Source: a virus. From it: a DNA stretch of 64,000 nucleotides. The notes below the pieces were generated by a model that was given only the letters and a program-made list of their open reading frames with translations, made no database searches and was not told the DNA's origin. Where the stretch lies: the IMG/VR virus record IMGVR_UViG_3300009008_000003, one strand, 5' to 3'. Below, piece after piece: positions 9,661 through 16,871 of this stretch; within the stretch, counting starts at the first letter, position 1, and each line of letters opens with the position of its first letter. The translations under genes were made by a program, and so were the position numbers.

Positions 9661-9734
9661 TGGAACAGGGAAGACTTGAACTTCCGACCGCCCGCGTATC
9701 AGACGGGTACTCTAACCAACTGAGTTACTGTTCC
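9661..9734 (-). tRNA. tRNA-Ile(GAU)
   Basis: Cloverleaf; CCCGU-CUGAUAC-GCGGG. Confidence 0.92.
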
Positions 9735-10207
9735 TGGTTTCTTAACTTATCTCTTACTTTCATTAACGTTTTACCAAGAAGATTTTCACCTTCCCATTGT
9801 GTTTCGTTATGTATACGATTACTGTGCAACGGGATACCAATGCCCCAAACTGGGTCTTCTCTTGCCTCTACTAAGACTCTATCTCCTGTCTCCAATAAAA
9901 GCTTTTTAAGTTCTGGATTCTGTGAGAACTTAGCATAACAGGCCTGGAACATAACTTCTTCTCGTAGTTCGGCCCAGGTTTTTTCAACGTAGTCGGAAAC
10001 GCTACGCCCCAGAGCTTTTTGTTTATGTGGATCTTGTTCTTCTAAAATATACTTCGCCTTTTGTGGTGCATTAAAAGCTAACGCTTTGTGCCACATATAG
10101 GCTTGTTCACTTCTATTAAACTTTTCACCCTCGAGTGTAAAGTTTGCTGGATAGAAATTACTTAGTGGCCCGCCTGAAAAATATATATGCGTATCAGTCG
10201 TCTTCAT
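9725..10207 (-). CDS. NADAR (YbiA-like) protein
   Basis: LSNFYPANF, SEQAYMWHKA, KALGR, KFSQNPELKKLLLETGDRVLVEA..D.VWGIG, G.NLLGKTLMKVR. Confidence 0.95.
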   Translation of the reverse strand: MKTTDTHIYFSGGPLSNFYPANFTLEGEKFNRSEQAYMWHKALAFNAPQKAKYILEEQDPHKQKALGRSVSDYVEKTWAELREEVMFQACYAKFSQNPELKKLLLETGDRVLVEAREDPVWGIGIPLHSNRIHNETQWEGENLLGKTLMKVRDKLRNQEQ

Positions 10208-10652
10208 ATTTCAAGAACTCCATGGCTTTTTTATATTTTTTCATTAACCTAACACTTTCATCTATAGAAAGCTTTTCGTGTCGTTCCGGAGACATGTTGT
10301 CCGGCAGATCAGCTGCAAGCTTTATAGTTCTTGCTATAAGATTCGCTTTTACTCTCTCTAGATACTGCGGGTAATCTTCTTTACCCATAGTATACTCCCT
10401 ACGTGTAATAGCATCCACCGCCTCTATAACTGTCTCAGAAAACCCTTCTTTTTTTAGATCATCCAAAGTCCAATCGGTGTCTTCCACAACGTCGTGAAGA
10501 AGCGCTACTATTAAAAAAGCTTCTGGGTATCTTTGCATCCTAACAAATACCCTCAGAGAATGTGCTACCATTGGTTTATCTGATTTATCTGTTTCCACTT
10601 CAAAGGCTTCGCACACTATGTTTACTGCTTTCAATATCATTGGGCTAATCAT
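10194..10652 (-). CDS. HD-domain protein (small alarmone hydrolase-like)
   Basis: AHSLRV, VALLHDVVEDTDWT, EAVDAITR, IKLAAD..NM. Confidence 0.85.
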   Translation of the reverse strand: MISPMILKAVNIVCEAFEVETDKSDKPMVAHSLRVFVRMQRYPEAFLIVALLHDVVEDTDWTLDDLKKEGFSETVIEAVDAITRREYTMGKEDYPQYLERVKANLIARTIKLAADLPDNMSPERHEKLSIDESVRLMKKYKKAMEFLKYEDD

Positions 10653-11343
10653 CTTTAAATATCTCCTCTATGGCGTTTTTACCTTCGCTTGTTAATTCTC
10701 TTGATCCTATTGCGGTTATCAGGGAATAAGGGCATTTTTCATTTAATTTAAATTTATTTATATCTACTACTCTCCAATTAGGTCTATAACTTGGACCGTC
10801 AAACCAGCGTTTCCATTGGCCAGCGTTTTGGTCGAATAAAAGTATTGGATAAATTAAATCGTCTTCCAATCTACCAATTTTTGGGCTGAATACGTTTATC
10901 CAGTGTCTTTTGCTTATGGATGAGTACAGATTGCTAGTTTTGTTCTTAGCTAATTTCATCTTGTCTTTAGCAAATTCTATTGCCCAAGCGGTACCTCCGG
11001 CAACGTTGCCTTTTTTATCTATATACCCCACTGCGTAAACTGCCTGCGATACACCGAAAAAGTTCTTTAGTTGTTCGGGCGCAATCTGGTAAAAATTACG
11101 CCTTAACAGGTTAGTAGAAAATTTACTTTTGCAAGGAAAAGACCTGTTTAGTATGTGAGATACGCGTTTTAATTCGTTATCAGCTAAGAATAGCTCTCCC
11201 TTAAGTACTAATCTTGGGGCTGCTGGTTTTAACACTTTATGGCCAGGAAAGGTTAAACCGTATGTGAAACAATTGTGTCTTTTTCCTGCTTTTGCCCAAC
11301 ATGTATCAGCCCCGATAGCGCCCCCGGACATCAGTTTTATCAT
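10645..11343 (-). CDS. SLOG/YpsA-like hypothetical protein
   Basis: SGGAIGAD N-terminal loop, GGTAWA motif. Confidence 0.55.
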   Translation of the reverse strand: MIKLMSGGAIGADTCWAKAGKRHNCFTYGLTFPGHKVLKPAAPRLVLKGELFLADNELKRVSHILNRSFPCKSKFSTNLLRRNFYQIAPEQLKNFFGVSQAVYAVGYIDKKGNVAGGTAWAIEFAKDKMKLAKNKTSNLYSSISKRHWINVFSPKIGRLEDDLIYPILLFDQNAGQWKRWFDGPSYRPNWRVVDINKFKLNEKCPYSLITAIGSRELTSEGKNAIEEIFKDD

Positions 11344-11449
11344 ATAATACTACCTTTTTTGCTTTATAGTAAAAATCTATACGCCATGTATAAACTACTT
11401 TACTTATACCACAATATTTTTATTTTTTTTTATTTTTATATTTCTACTT

Positions 11450-11586
11450 GCACCTTTCCGGTGTCGGATGTTCGGTAGACGAGGTGGTGGCATCGGCCAC
11501 CCAGAGTACCGTGGTGGCGCTATGGGCCACCCCTTCAGTAAAACATACTGGATGAAGGTAATAAGTCAGTCAGGGCGTTGCGCCCT
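11450..11586 (-). ncRNA. unassigned structured RNA candidate
   Basis: GC-rich island with 5 hairpins, two closed by GNRA loops (GGGC-GCAA-CGCCC region; CACC-GGAAA-GGUG). Confidence 0.5.
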
Positions 11587-11610
11587 AATTATTGAATTCT
11601 AGAAATATAT

Positions 11611-11737
11611 TGCGGGCGACTGGATTTGAACCAGCGTTCCTTGGTCACAGGAGTAGAGATCGTCTACCCGTTTATCCGTGCCTGATCAGAACACGACCCG
11701 TACGCAGAAAGGAGTACTCCTACTATACCACGCCCGC
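11611..11737 (-). ncRNA. tRNA-like RNA (Gly-like acceptor) with expanded anticodon arm
   Basis: Acceptor GCGGGCG/CGCCCGC, D and T arms intact; ~65-nt branched insert replaces the anticodon loop. Confidence 0.8.
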
Positions 11738-11742
11738 ATGAA

Positions 11743-11823
11743 AGCCGGTGAAGGGATTCGAACCCCTGCGGGTTGCCCGGCTGCTTACAAGGCAGCTCCA
11801 ATCGACCGCTATGGGACACCGGC
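11743..11823 (-). tRNA. tRNA-Thr(UGU) with long variable arm
   Basis: GCUGC-CUUGUAA-GCAGC; variable hairpin CGGG-CAA-CCCG. Confidence 0.8.
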
Positions 11824-11828
11824 GTAAA

Positions 11829-11902
11829 TACACCCAGGAAGATTCGAACTCCCAACCTTCTGATCCGTAATCAGTGGCTCTATCCAATTGAGCTATGGGT
11901 GC
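11829..11902 (-). tRNA. tRNA-Arg(ACG)
   Basis: Cloverleaf; loop UUACGGA. Confidence 0.9.
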
Positions 11903-12363
11903 TTGGAATTAAACTCATGCATAATAGCTGATTCCAAAAGTTTTTCTCTTGGTACAGGTTCTCCCTTCTTTCTGAATTTATAAGATATAATTGTACCACA
12001 TCTTCTAGAACAGCAAGCAAGGCTATTTTTTAATCTTCTTTTGGCCTTGATAAAAACCGTACCGCAATTTGGGCATTTTAACTTTACCATGGAAACACCT
12101 CTACCCGCGCTATGGTATTTGGTATGCGCTTTCCTTGTCATCAGTTCTAAATTGTTTAAAACGTTATTGTGCCCATTATTATCTATATGATGAACTATTT
12201 CATCTTCTGTGAGCTGCCTGCCCAACTCATTTTCTATAAGAACACGATGCAAATACACATAACCCTTCTTAGTGGCTTTCGGGTGTGTTGGGATAGTAGA
12301 ACAATAATTGTACTGGTTTTGTTTTATTATATTTTTGATTTTCCACATTATTAACCTTTTCAT
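11893..12363 (-). CDS. HNH homing endonuclease
   Basis: YVYLHRVLIE..LGR.L..DEIVHHIDNNGHNN..NNLELMTRKAH; C-terminal CPNC..CCSRRC zinc motif. Confidence 0.9.
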   Translation of the reverse strand: MKRLIMWKIKNIIKQNQYNYCSTIPTHPKATKKGYVYLHRVLIENELGRQLTEDEIVHHIDNNGHNNVLNNLELMTRKAHTKYHSAGRGVSMVKLKCPNCGTVFIKAKRRLKNSLACCSRRCGTIISYKFRKKGEPVPREKLLESAIMHEFNSKHP

Positions 12364-12368
12364 TGAAA

Positions 12369-12460
12369 CGAATGAAAGCCTCTCCGCTGCCAGATCACCC
12401 TAAAGCATGCTGGGCCTAGCTCACTTCATCGAGGCCCAGTCGTACGCCTGTTTTCATTCG
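12369..12460 (-). ncRNA. unassigned structured RNA candidate
   Basis: Closing stem CGAAUGAAA/UUUCAUUCG; inner stem CUGGGCCU/AGGCCCAG. Confidence 0.5.
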
Positions 12461-12467
12461 TGATTTA

Positions 12468-13298
12468 TTAGTCTAGGAATATTACGTTCCGTGCTGCGGC
12501 CGCCCTGCCTTCGGTGTTAACTATGACAAGATGCCAAATATTTCCAAGGTCTACAGTCGCGTGTTCGTCGTGGGTTATACGTCCTTTTACGTATACTTTG
12601 GGATCCCGTACTCGTCTTTCAAAAACTATACGACGAGCATCTTTGTTTTCTCTAATGAGCTTCTGGTATTGCTCTTCAGATAGATTAGAGAAGGAAGGTC
12701 CGCCATATTTATGGCTGCGCCCAGTATAAGTAACGGTTCCACCAAAACGCATGAGGTAATCAGCGGTATGAGGATTGCCGCCCTGCGCCAGTGGTTCTTT
12801 TTCGTGGATAATAGTAGAGCCACTATCAGGATCGAAGTACGGCTTCGGTACGAAACAGAATTCTCCTTGTCGGATAATTTTCCGACCATCTTTCATTTTA
12901 CGCCTACGCTTGTGCAGATCTTTTCCTTTAACCCCTGCTTGTGCTTCAATTTCTACAAGCTCTTTCGGTTTAAGGGCCTGTTTGGCTTCACGCACGTTGG
13001 AGGCTCCAGCGGTTTCTGGTATTGCGGCAGTAAACCAATTACGTTCATCGTGCCCACACAGAAAACGTGCTTTAGGGTTATCCGGGTCACGGATCATCAA
13101 TAACAGATGACGATCAACCGGCTGCGCATCAAGAACATGCATCTCGATATCTTTGTTGTTGAGGATGATATCGAAAAATTCTCCTTGCCCATCTCGGCGG
13201 ATATCTACTGTTACATTACGACGCCAAAGATCGTTAACTCGAACCTTTGCCCGTGCGCCGATTTTTTCGAATTTTTCCTTAACTAGGTCAGTATGCAT
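12468..13298 (-). CDS. conserved hypothetical protein
   Basis: 276-aa ORF with RQGE and H..H motifs. Confidence 0.7.
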   Translation of the reverse strand: MHTDLVKEKFEKIGARAKVRVNDLWRRNVTVDIRRDGQGEFFDIILNNKDIEMHVLDAQPVDRHLLLMIRDPDNPKARFLCGHDERNWFTAAIPETAGASNVREAKQALKPKELVEIEAQAGVKGKDLHKRRRKMKDGRKIIRQGEFCFVPKPYFDPDSGSTIIHEKEPLAQGGNPHTADYLMRFGGTVTYTGRSHKYGGPSFSNLSEEQYQKLIRENKDARRIVFERRVRDPKVYVKGRITHDEHATVDLGNIWHLVIVNTEGRAAAARNVIFLD

Positions 13299-14002
13299 TA
13301 CTTATCCTTATTTGCTTCTTCTTTTTCCGGGTTGTAATCGACTCTATTATGATACTGAGAGTCGAGTTCTTTTTTAAGAACAGCCTTTATAACCCTTAGC
13401 TCTTTTACTTTGAGTTCATCTAGCTGTTCATCATCCGCGAGTTGATTGATCTTGGATTCAATTAAATCAACCCTTTCCTTAGGTTTATTGAGTTTTCCCG
13501 CTAGGAATAAACTTCTAGCGGCAGCATCTATGCCGTCACAGATCATTAAGATACAAGCTTCTGTTGTTTCTGGTTTTGTAGTCTTGTAACGGAATGCTTC
13601 AGGATTTTTCTTGTCTGATTTTTCAAAAAATGGCATAATAATAGTAGTACCATGATGCTGCATTGCGACTTTAATGACTTCTGAAGGAAAATCATTTTGC
13701 AACAAGATTTCTGCGGTGTCGCTTGCATGGCGGCTAACTAATTGGTATGACATTGCTGGTTTTAAATCATCATGTATATTGTGTTCATCCTGATTTTCGG
13801 TAAAATGCAAAGGATGTTTCATCTTACCTACATCGTGGAATAGTGCAGCAAGCTTTAACAACTCTTTATCTGTGCCGGGCAATTCAGCTGCGATTGCCTC
13901 AGCAAGACCAGCGGTTTGTTCGCTGTGCTTTACTGTTCCAGGAGCGGCCGCTTTAAAAGCTTCCAATAGTGGGTGCTCTAGGAATTCTTTATAGTCCTTC
14001 AT
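13298..14002 (-). CDS. stand-alone HD (HDIG/PgpH-like) phosphohydrolase
   Basis: APGTVKHS, AALFHDVGK..HP..FTENQ...N.HD.L.P..S, QHHGTT, FRY...KPET.EACILM.CD. Confidence 0.85.
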   Translation of the reverse strand: MKDYKEFLEHPLLEAFKAAAPGTVKHSEQTAGLAEAIAAELPGTDKELLKLAALFHDVGKMKHPLHFTENQDEHNIHDDLKPAMSYQLVSRHASDTAEILLQNDFPSEVIKVAMQHHGTTIIMPFFEKSDKKNPEAFRYKTTKPETTEACILMICDGIDAAARSLFLAGKLNKPKERVDLIESKINQLADDEQLDELKVKELRVIKAVLKKELDSQYHNRVDYNPEKEEANKDK

Positions 14003-14074
14003 ATATCCTCTATGTTTATAACTTATTCAATTCTACTTTGGTCATCCTCTTGGGATGGCGTGAGAGCGAGTGGA

Positions 14075-14322
14075 TTTTATTAATTATATTAATTAATATT
14101 TAATTGGGTAAAGAGGTAGCTCGTGAGTAACTATCTGTGAGAAATGTCTAATTGTATGGTATTTGAAATTTTTATATATCAATTATTTTATAAAAATCAT
14201 TTTTTATAGAATAAATGTGTTTAAAAATTGGTAAATACTATATCCAATTGGACTTTTCTAAAGATTTAGTTTCGTGCTACGGGTTTTAGGTAATTAAATA
14301 TTTAATAATATAATTAATAAAA
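14075..14322. repeat. ~250-bp AT-rich imperfect palindrome (~100-bp arms)
   Basis: 14075-14174 aligns to the reverse complement of 14222-14322; central TTTTATAAAA. Confidence 0.75.
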
Positions 14323-14487
14323 ATAGCGGAACGCAATGCGCTTGTTCCACCTTACAGATTCAGGCGATGCGCCTGACTATTATTTGAATCTAGAATTGAA
14401 AGTAATTAGTGTCTGGCTTTTAAGGAAAGCTGGTTTTAGCTAGCCTTATTCAACCTTCCAATTTACCTTTAACTTATTACTTATCAG

Positions 14488-14561
14488 TACCCAAGACAGG
14501 ATTCGAACCTGCGAATACTGGGCTGAAAACCCAGCGTCTTCGGCCACTTGACTACTTGGGC
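14488..14561 (-). tRNA. tRNA-Glu(UUC)
   Basis: CUGGG-UUUUCAG-CCCAG; cloverleaf. Confidence 0.9.
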
Positions 14562-14656
14562 TGGTGCCGGGGGGAGGATTTGAACCTCCAAATGCGTGCG
14601 AATGCGCCTGAAAGCCCCGCTCCTAACGGTGCGTCTGCCAGTTGCGCCACCCCAGC
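14562..14656 (-). ncRNA. tRNA-Leu-like RNA with aberrant anticodon arm (CCA encoded)
   Basis: GCUGGGG/CCCCGGC-ACCA, Leu-type D arm GCGCAACUGGCAGACGC, T arm intact; no 5-bp/7-nt anticodon arm can be drawn. Confidence 0.65.
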
Positions 14657-14668
14657 TAAAATTTAAAC

Positions 14669-15385
14669 CTAGAACACTCTTCTTATACCATTATATTGGG
14701 TATATATTTTTTGACCTTGGGCTGATTCCCATTCGAGGTCTTTATGAAAATGGCCGCTGTACCAGAATTTAAATTCTGTACGAAGTTCTATTTCGTCAAG
14801 AATCTTGCATACCGGGTCATTTAATTTGCCGCCTATTCCTGGAACCTGCATTGCATACCAAGTTGGTAAAGTATGGGTAAATATAAAATCAACTTTATAG
14901 TTTACCTTTTCTAAATTAGCGAACCCATTATCAATTTCTTTGTAAGACGGGGTTTCTTCTCTCCACCATGAAATGCCTGGTGTTCTATCAAGCTTATCTA
15001 TGGAAGTAGCGCCGCCCATTACAAATACTTTTTTATCCCCAAAGGTATAAACTTCACCCCTGCGAAGATGGAATACAGAATCATTTACTTTACCAACCGG
15101 GCCACCGAACATTATAACGGTTTTTAATTTAGCAAGCCGTTGAAAATTCTCATGGTTACCGTCTATGAACACGGTTGTCCATGGCTTTTCATGCAGCCAA
15201 TTAAGCCAGTATGCTTCGTGTTTGCTTTGTGTTTGTTGGAAAATAAAACCAAAATCCCCCAACACGCAAACTATGTCGTTTTTGTTGAGGTCTTTACCTT
15301 CGGGAAAATATGTGGAATTTAAATAGGACATCTCACCGCAGTAGTTGCTGTGTAAATCACCTATTGTATACATACACATACACAT
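14669..15385 (-). CDS. metallophosphoesterase
   Basis: GDLH, LGDFG, DGNHEN, FTHT, SGHFH. Confidence 0.9.
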   Translation of the reverse strand: MCMCMYTIGDLHSNYCGEMSYLNSTYFPEGKDLNKNDIVCVLGDFGFIFQQTQSKHEAYWLNWLHEKPWTTVFIDGNHENFQRLAKLKTVIMFGGPVGKVNDSVFHLRRGEVYTFGDKKVFVMGGATSIDKLDRTPGISWWREETPSYKEIDNGFANLEKVNYKVDFIFTHTLPTWYAMQVPGIGGKLNDPVCKILDEIELRTEFKFWYSGHFHKDLEWESAQGQKIYTQYNGIRRVF

Positions 15386-15407
15386 AATAAAAACCTCCTT
15401 TCTTTAG

Positions 15408-15448
15408 TACTCCTGGGTGGATTCGAACTAGCATTTATCCTTAAGAGA
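15408..15448 (-). pseudogene. isolated degenerate tRNA 3' half (CUU loop, Lys-like)
   Basis: CU-CUU-AA-GGAUA...UUCGAAUCCACC-CAGGAGUA; no matching 5' half. Confidence 0.5.
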
Positions 15449-15498
15449 GTTGAACTCCTCTTCGCCTATTGGGCGTGTCATCCGGACTCTGCAGCGAG

Positions 15499-15584
15499 CG
15501 GAGAAGGAAGGACTCGAACCCTCATCCCCGAAGAGAACGGCTTTCAAGGCCGGTGCGGTCATCCAGTTACGCTATTACTTCTCC
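15499..15584 (-). tRNA. tRNA-Ser(UGA)
   Basis: CCGGC-CUUGAAA-GCCGU, long variable arm, G73. Confidence 0.88.
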
Positions 15585-15587
15585 TTG

Positions 15588-15842
15588 TTATGGTCTTTCA
15601 ATAGGACCGCCTGGTCCGCCTGGTCCTGGCTGTATCTTATATTCACTTTTTAACCTACTTACTTTAGGCATATCGTCAATCTCTTCTGTCCACCATGTGC
15701 CACGAATTCTGCCATCTTCGACTTCATCATCTTTGAGCTTCTTGATTATTTCTTCAAGCTGCTCATCGGTAGTATTTTCGTCTATAGTGCAAATGACCTC
15801 TGGCTCATTTAACATCTCGCCTCGGAACATTAGTAGTTTCAT
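15588..15842 (-). CDS. hypothetical protein (C-terminal PGPGGPGGP)
   Basis: ORF track; acidic. Confidence 0.55.
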   Translation of the reverse strand: MKLLMFRGEMLNEPEVICTIDENTTDEQLEEIIKKLKDDEVEDGRIRGTWWTEEIDDMPKVSRLKSEYKIQPGPGGPGGPIERP

Positions 15843-16087
15843 ATTATTATCCCCATATCACGTGCTTTTTGATTCATTTTCCAAGTGAGTTCAAACTCAG
15901 GAATCATTTCATCTGCTGCTTTATTTATGCTACGTCCGGCAAGTAGTTTTACAAGAAATTTAGGAAGGTGTGTCCCCTTTTCTACACGTTCTATAAATTT
16001 TTGCCTTTGGAAACTTACGTATTCTTCAAGTGTGCTGTCAAGATGCTGTCTTAAAGTGTATGCTGTTTCATCCATAATAATCTCCAC
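15839..16087 (-). CDS. hypothetical protein
   Basis: ORF, stop/start overlap with neighbour. Confidence 0.55.
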   Translation of the reverse strand: MEIIMDETAYTLRQHLDSTLEEYVSFQRQKFIERVEKGTHLPKFLVKLLAGRSINKAADEMIPEFELTWKMNQKARDMGIII

Positions 16088-16105
16088 TTATTTTGTTTTA
16101 CCAAA

Positions 16106-16178
16106 CAGACGCGGAAGGACTTGAACCCTCATTGCCGGGACCAAAACCCGGTGTCCGGACCAATTGGACGACGCGCCT
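16106..16178 (-). tRNA. tRNA-Gln(UUG)
   Basis: CCGGG-UUUUGGU-CCCGG. Confidence 0.88.
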
Positions 16179-16183
16179 AAAAA

Positions 16184-16275
16184 TATATGCAAAGTCGATC
16201 TTGCACGACCACTCGCCCATCAGCTATGAACCGACTGCTGGTTCGGGGGCATGCTCCCCGACAACTTTGCATATA
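16184..16275 (-). ncRNA. unassigned multibranch RNA candidate
   Basis: 12-bp closing stem UAUAUGCAAAGU/ACUUUGCAUAUA enclosing three hairpins. Confidence 0.55.
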
Positions 16276-16281
16276 ATAAAA

Positions 16282-16318
16282 TACTCCCGCCAGGGCTCGA
16301 ACCTGGAACCTACGGCTT
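16282..16318 (-). pseudogene. tRNA 3' exon (AA-GCCGU...T arm...CGGGAGU-A)
   Basis: Follows the omega-G of a group I intron remnant; no 5' exon found. Confidence 0.75.
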
Positions 16319-16408
16319 CACGTTTGTGTTGGTTTCCCAACTCCGTGGACTTTCTCTTTATCTTAGCGTTTGCCTTAGATAGTGGCTGTCAAGTCTCTGC
16401 ACCTTCTT
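16319..16408 (-). mobile_element. 3' half of a small Azoarcus-type (IC3-like) group I intron
   Basis: GAAGGUGCAGAGACUUGAC...CUAAGGCAAACGCUAAG..AAAGAGAAAGUCCACGGAGUUGGGAAACCAACACAAACGUG resembles Azoarcus P6-P9 as recalled. Confidence 0.85.
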
Positions 16409-16481
16409 GACTCGAACCTCCAGAGCTTTTACACCGTAGTCTGGTTAGCAACCAGGTTCCTTACCATTAGGATAGCCCACA
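16409..16481 (-). pseudogene. tRNA-Ser(GCU) truncated in the T arm
   Basis: D arm, CUGG-UUGCUAA-CCAG and variable arm present; stops at GGAGGUUCGAGUC and runs into intron sequence. Confidence 0.75.
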
Positions 16482-16484
16482 AAG

Positions 16485-16558
16485 TAGGAAGGATGAGAAT
16501 TGAACTCATTGTCTCAGCCTTATAAGGACCGTGCATTTACCGCTTGTGCTACCTTCCC
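16485..16558 (-). tRNA. tRNA-Ile(UAU)
   Basis: CGGUC-CUUAUAA-GGCUG. Confidence 0.85.
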
Positions 16559-16562
16559 GTGT

Positions 16563-16760
16563 TTATCTATCGTCTTGACTTACGCCGTACCCATAAGGTC
16601 CAAAGTCCAAAGAAGACTTTTTTGCCGGCTTATACTCTGCAGTTTTTTCCTCAAAAAGATCGGTTATAGTCCTAACTATATCTCTGAAATCTTTATCGGA
16701 TATTTTCTTATTGTCCACATTTGCTTTTATAGTAAGCATGTGTATTTCTGCTGAATTCAT
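16563..16760 (-). CDS. hypothetical protein
   Basis: ORF between tRNAs, with RBS. Confidence 0.5.
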   Translation of the reverse strand: MNSAEIHMLTIKANVDNKKISDKDFRDIVRTITDLFEEKTAEYKPAKKSSLDFGPYGYGVSQDDR

Positions 16761-16783
16761 TTTATTCCTTTTTGTTAAACGAA

Positions 16784-16857
16784 TGCGCCCAGGAGGAATC
16801 GAACCTCCGACCGACGGATTAAAAGTCCGCTACTCTACCTAGCTGAGTTATGGACGC
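16784..16857 (-). tRNA. tRNA-Lys(UUU)
   Basis: GCGGA-CUUUUAA-UCCGU. Confidence 0.92.
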
Positions 16858-16871
16858 TAATATGTTATTTT

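Noticed and set aside
11480-11545. 5S rRNA-like words (GGUGGCCCAUAGCG, GCCGAUG, CCGAACA)
   Set aside because: Wrong order and local hairpin pairing are incompatible with the 5S fold
14600-14620. UCA triplet suggesting a selenocysteine/opal suppressor tRNA, or genome recoding
   Set aside because: It is not in a stem-closed 7-nt loop; ORFs are full-length in the standard code and no CUA/UCA suppressor tRNA was seen
15445-15520. Possible HDV-like/theta ribozyme after tRNA-Ser(UGA) (GGCGAA-GAGGAG, CUCGCUG)
   Set aside because: P1 and P2 would need sequence inside the tRNA, and no convincing P3/L3/P1.1 could be built
16200-16235. Hammerhead/HDV-like words (CUGAUG, GGCGAGUGG) in the 16184-16275 RNA
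   Set aside because: No GAAA core partner; A9 is absent; the HDV P1 cannot be formed
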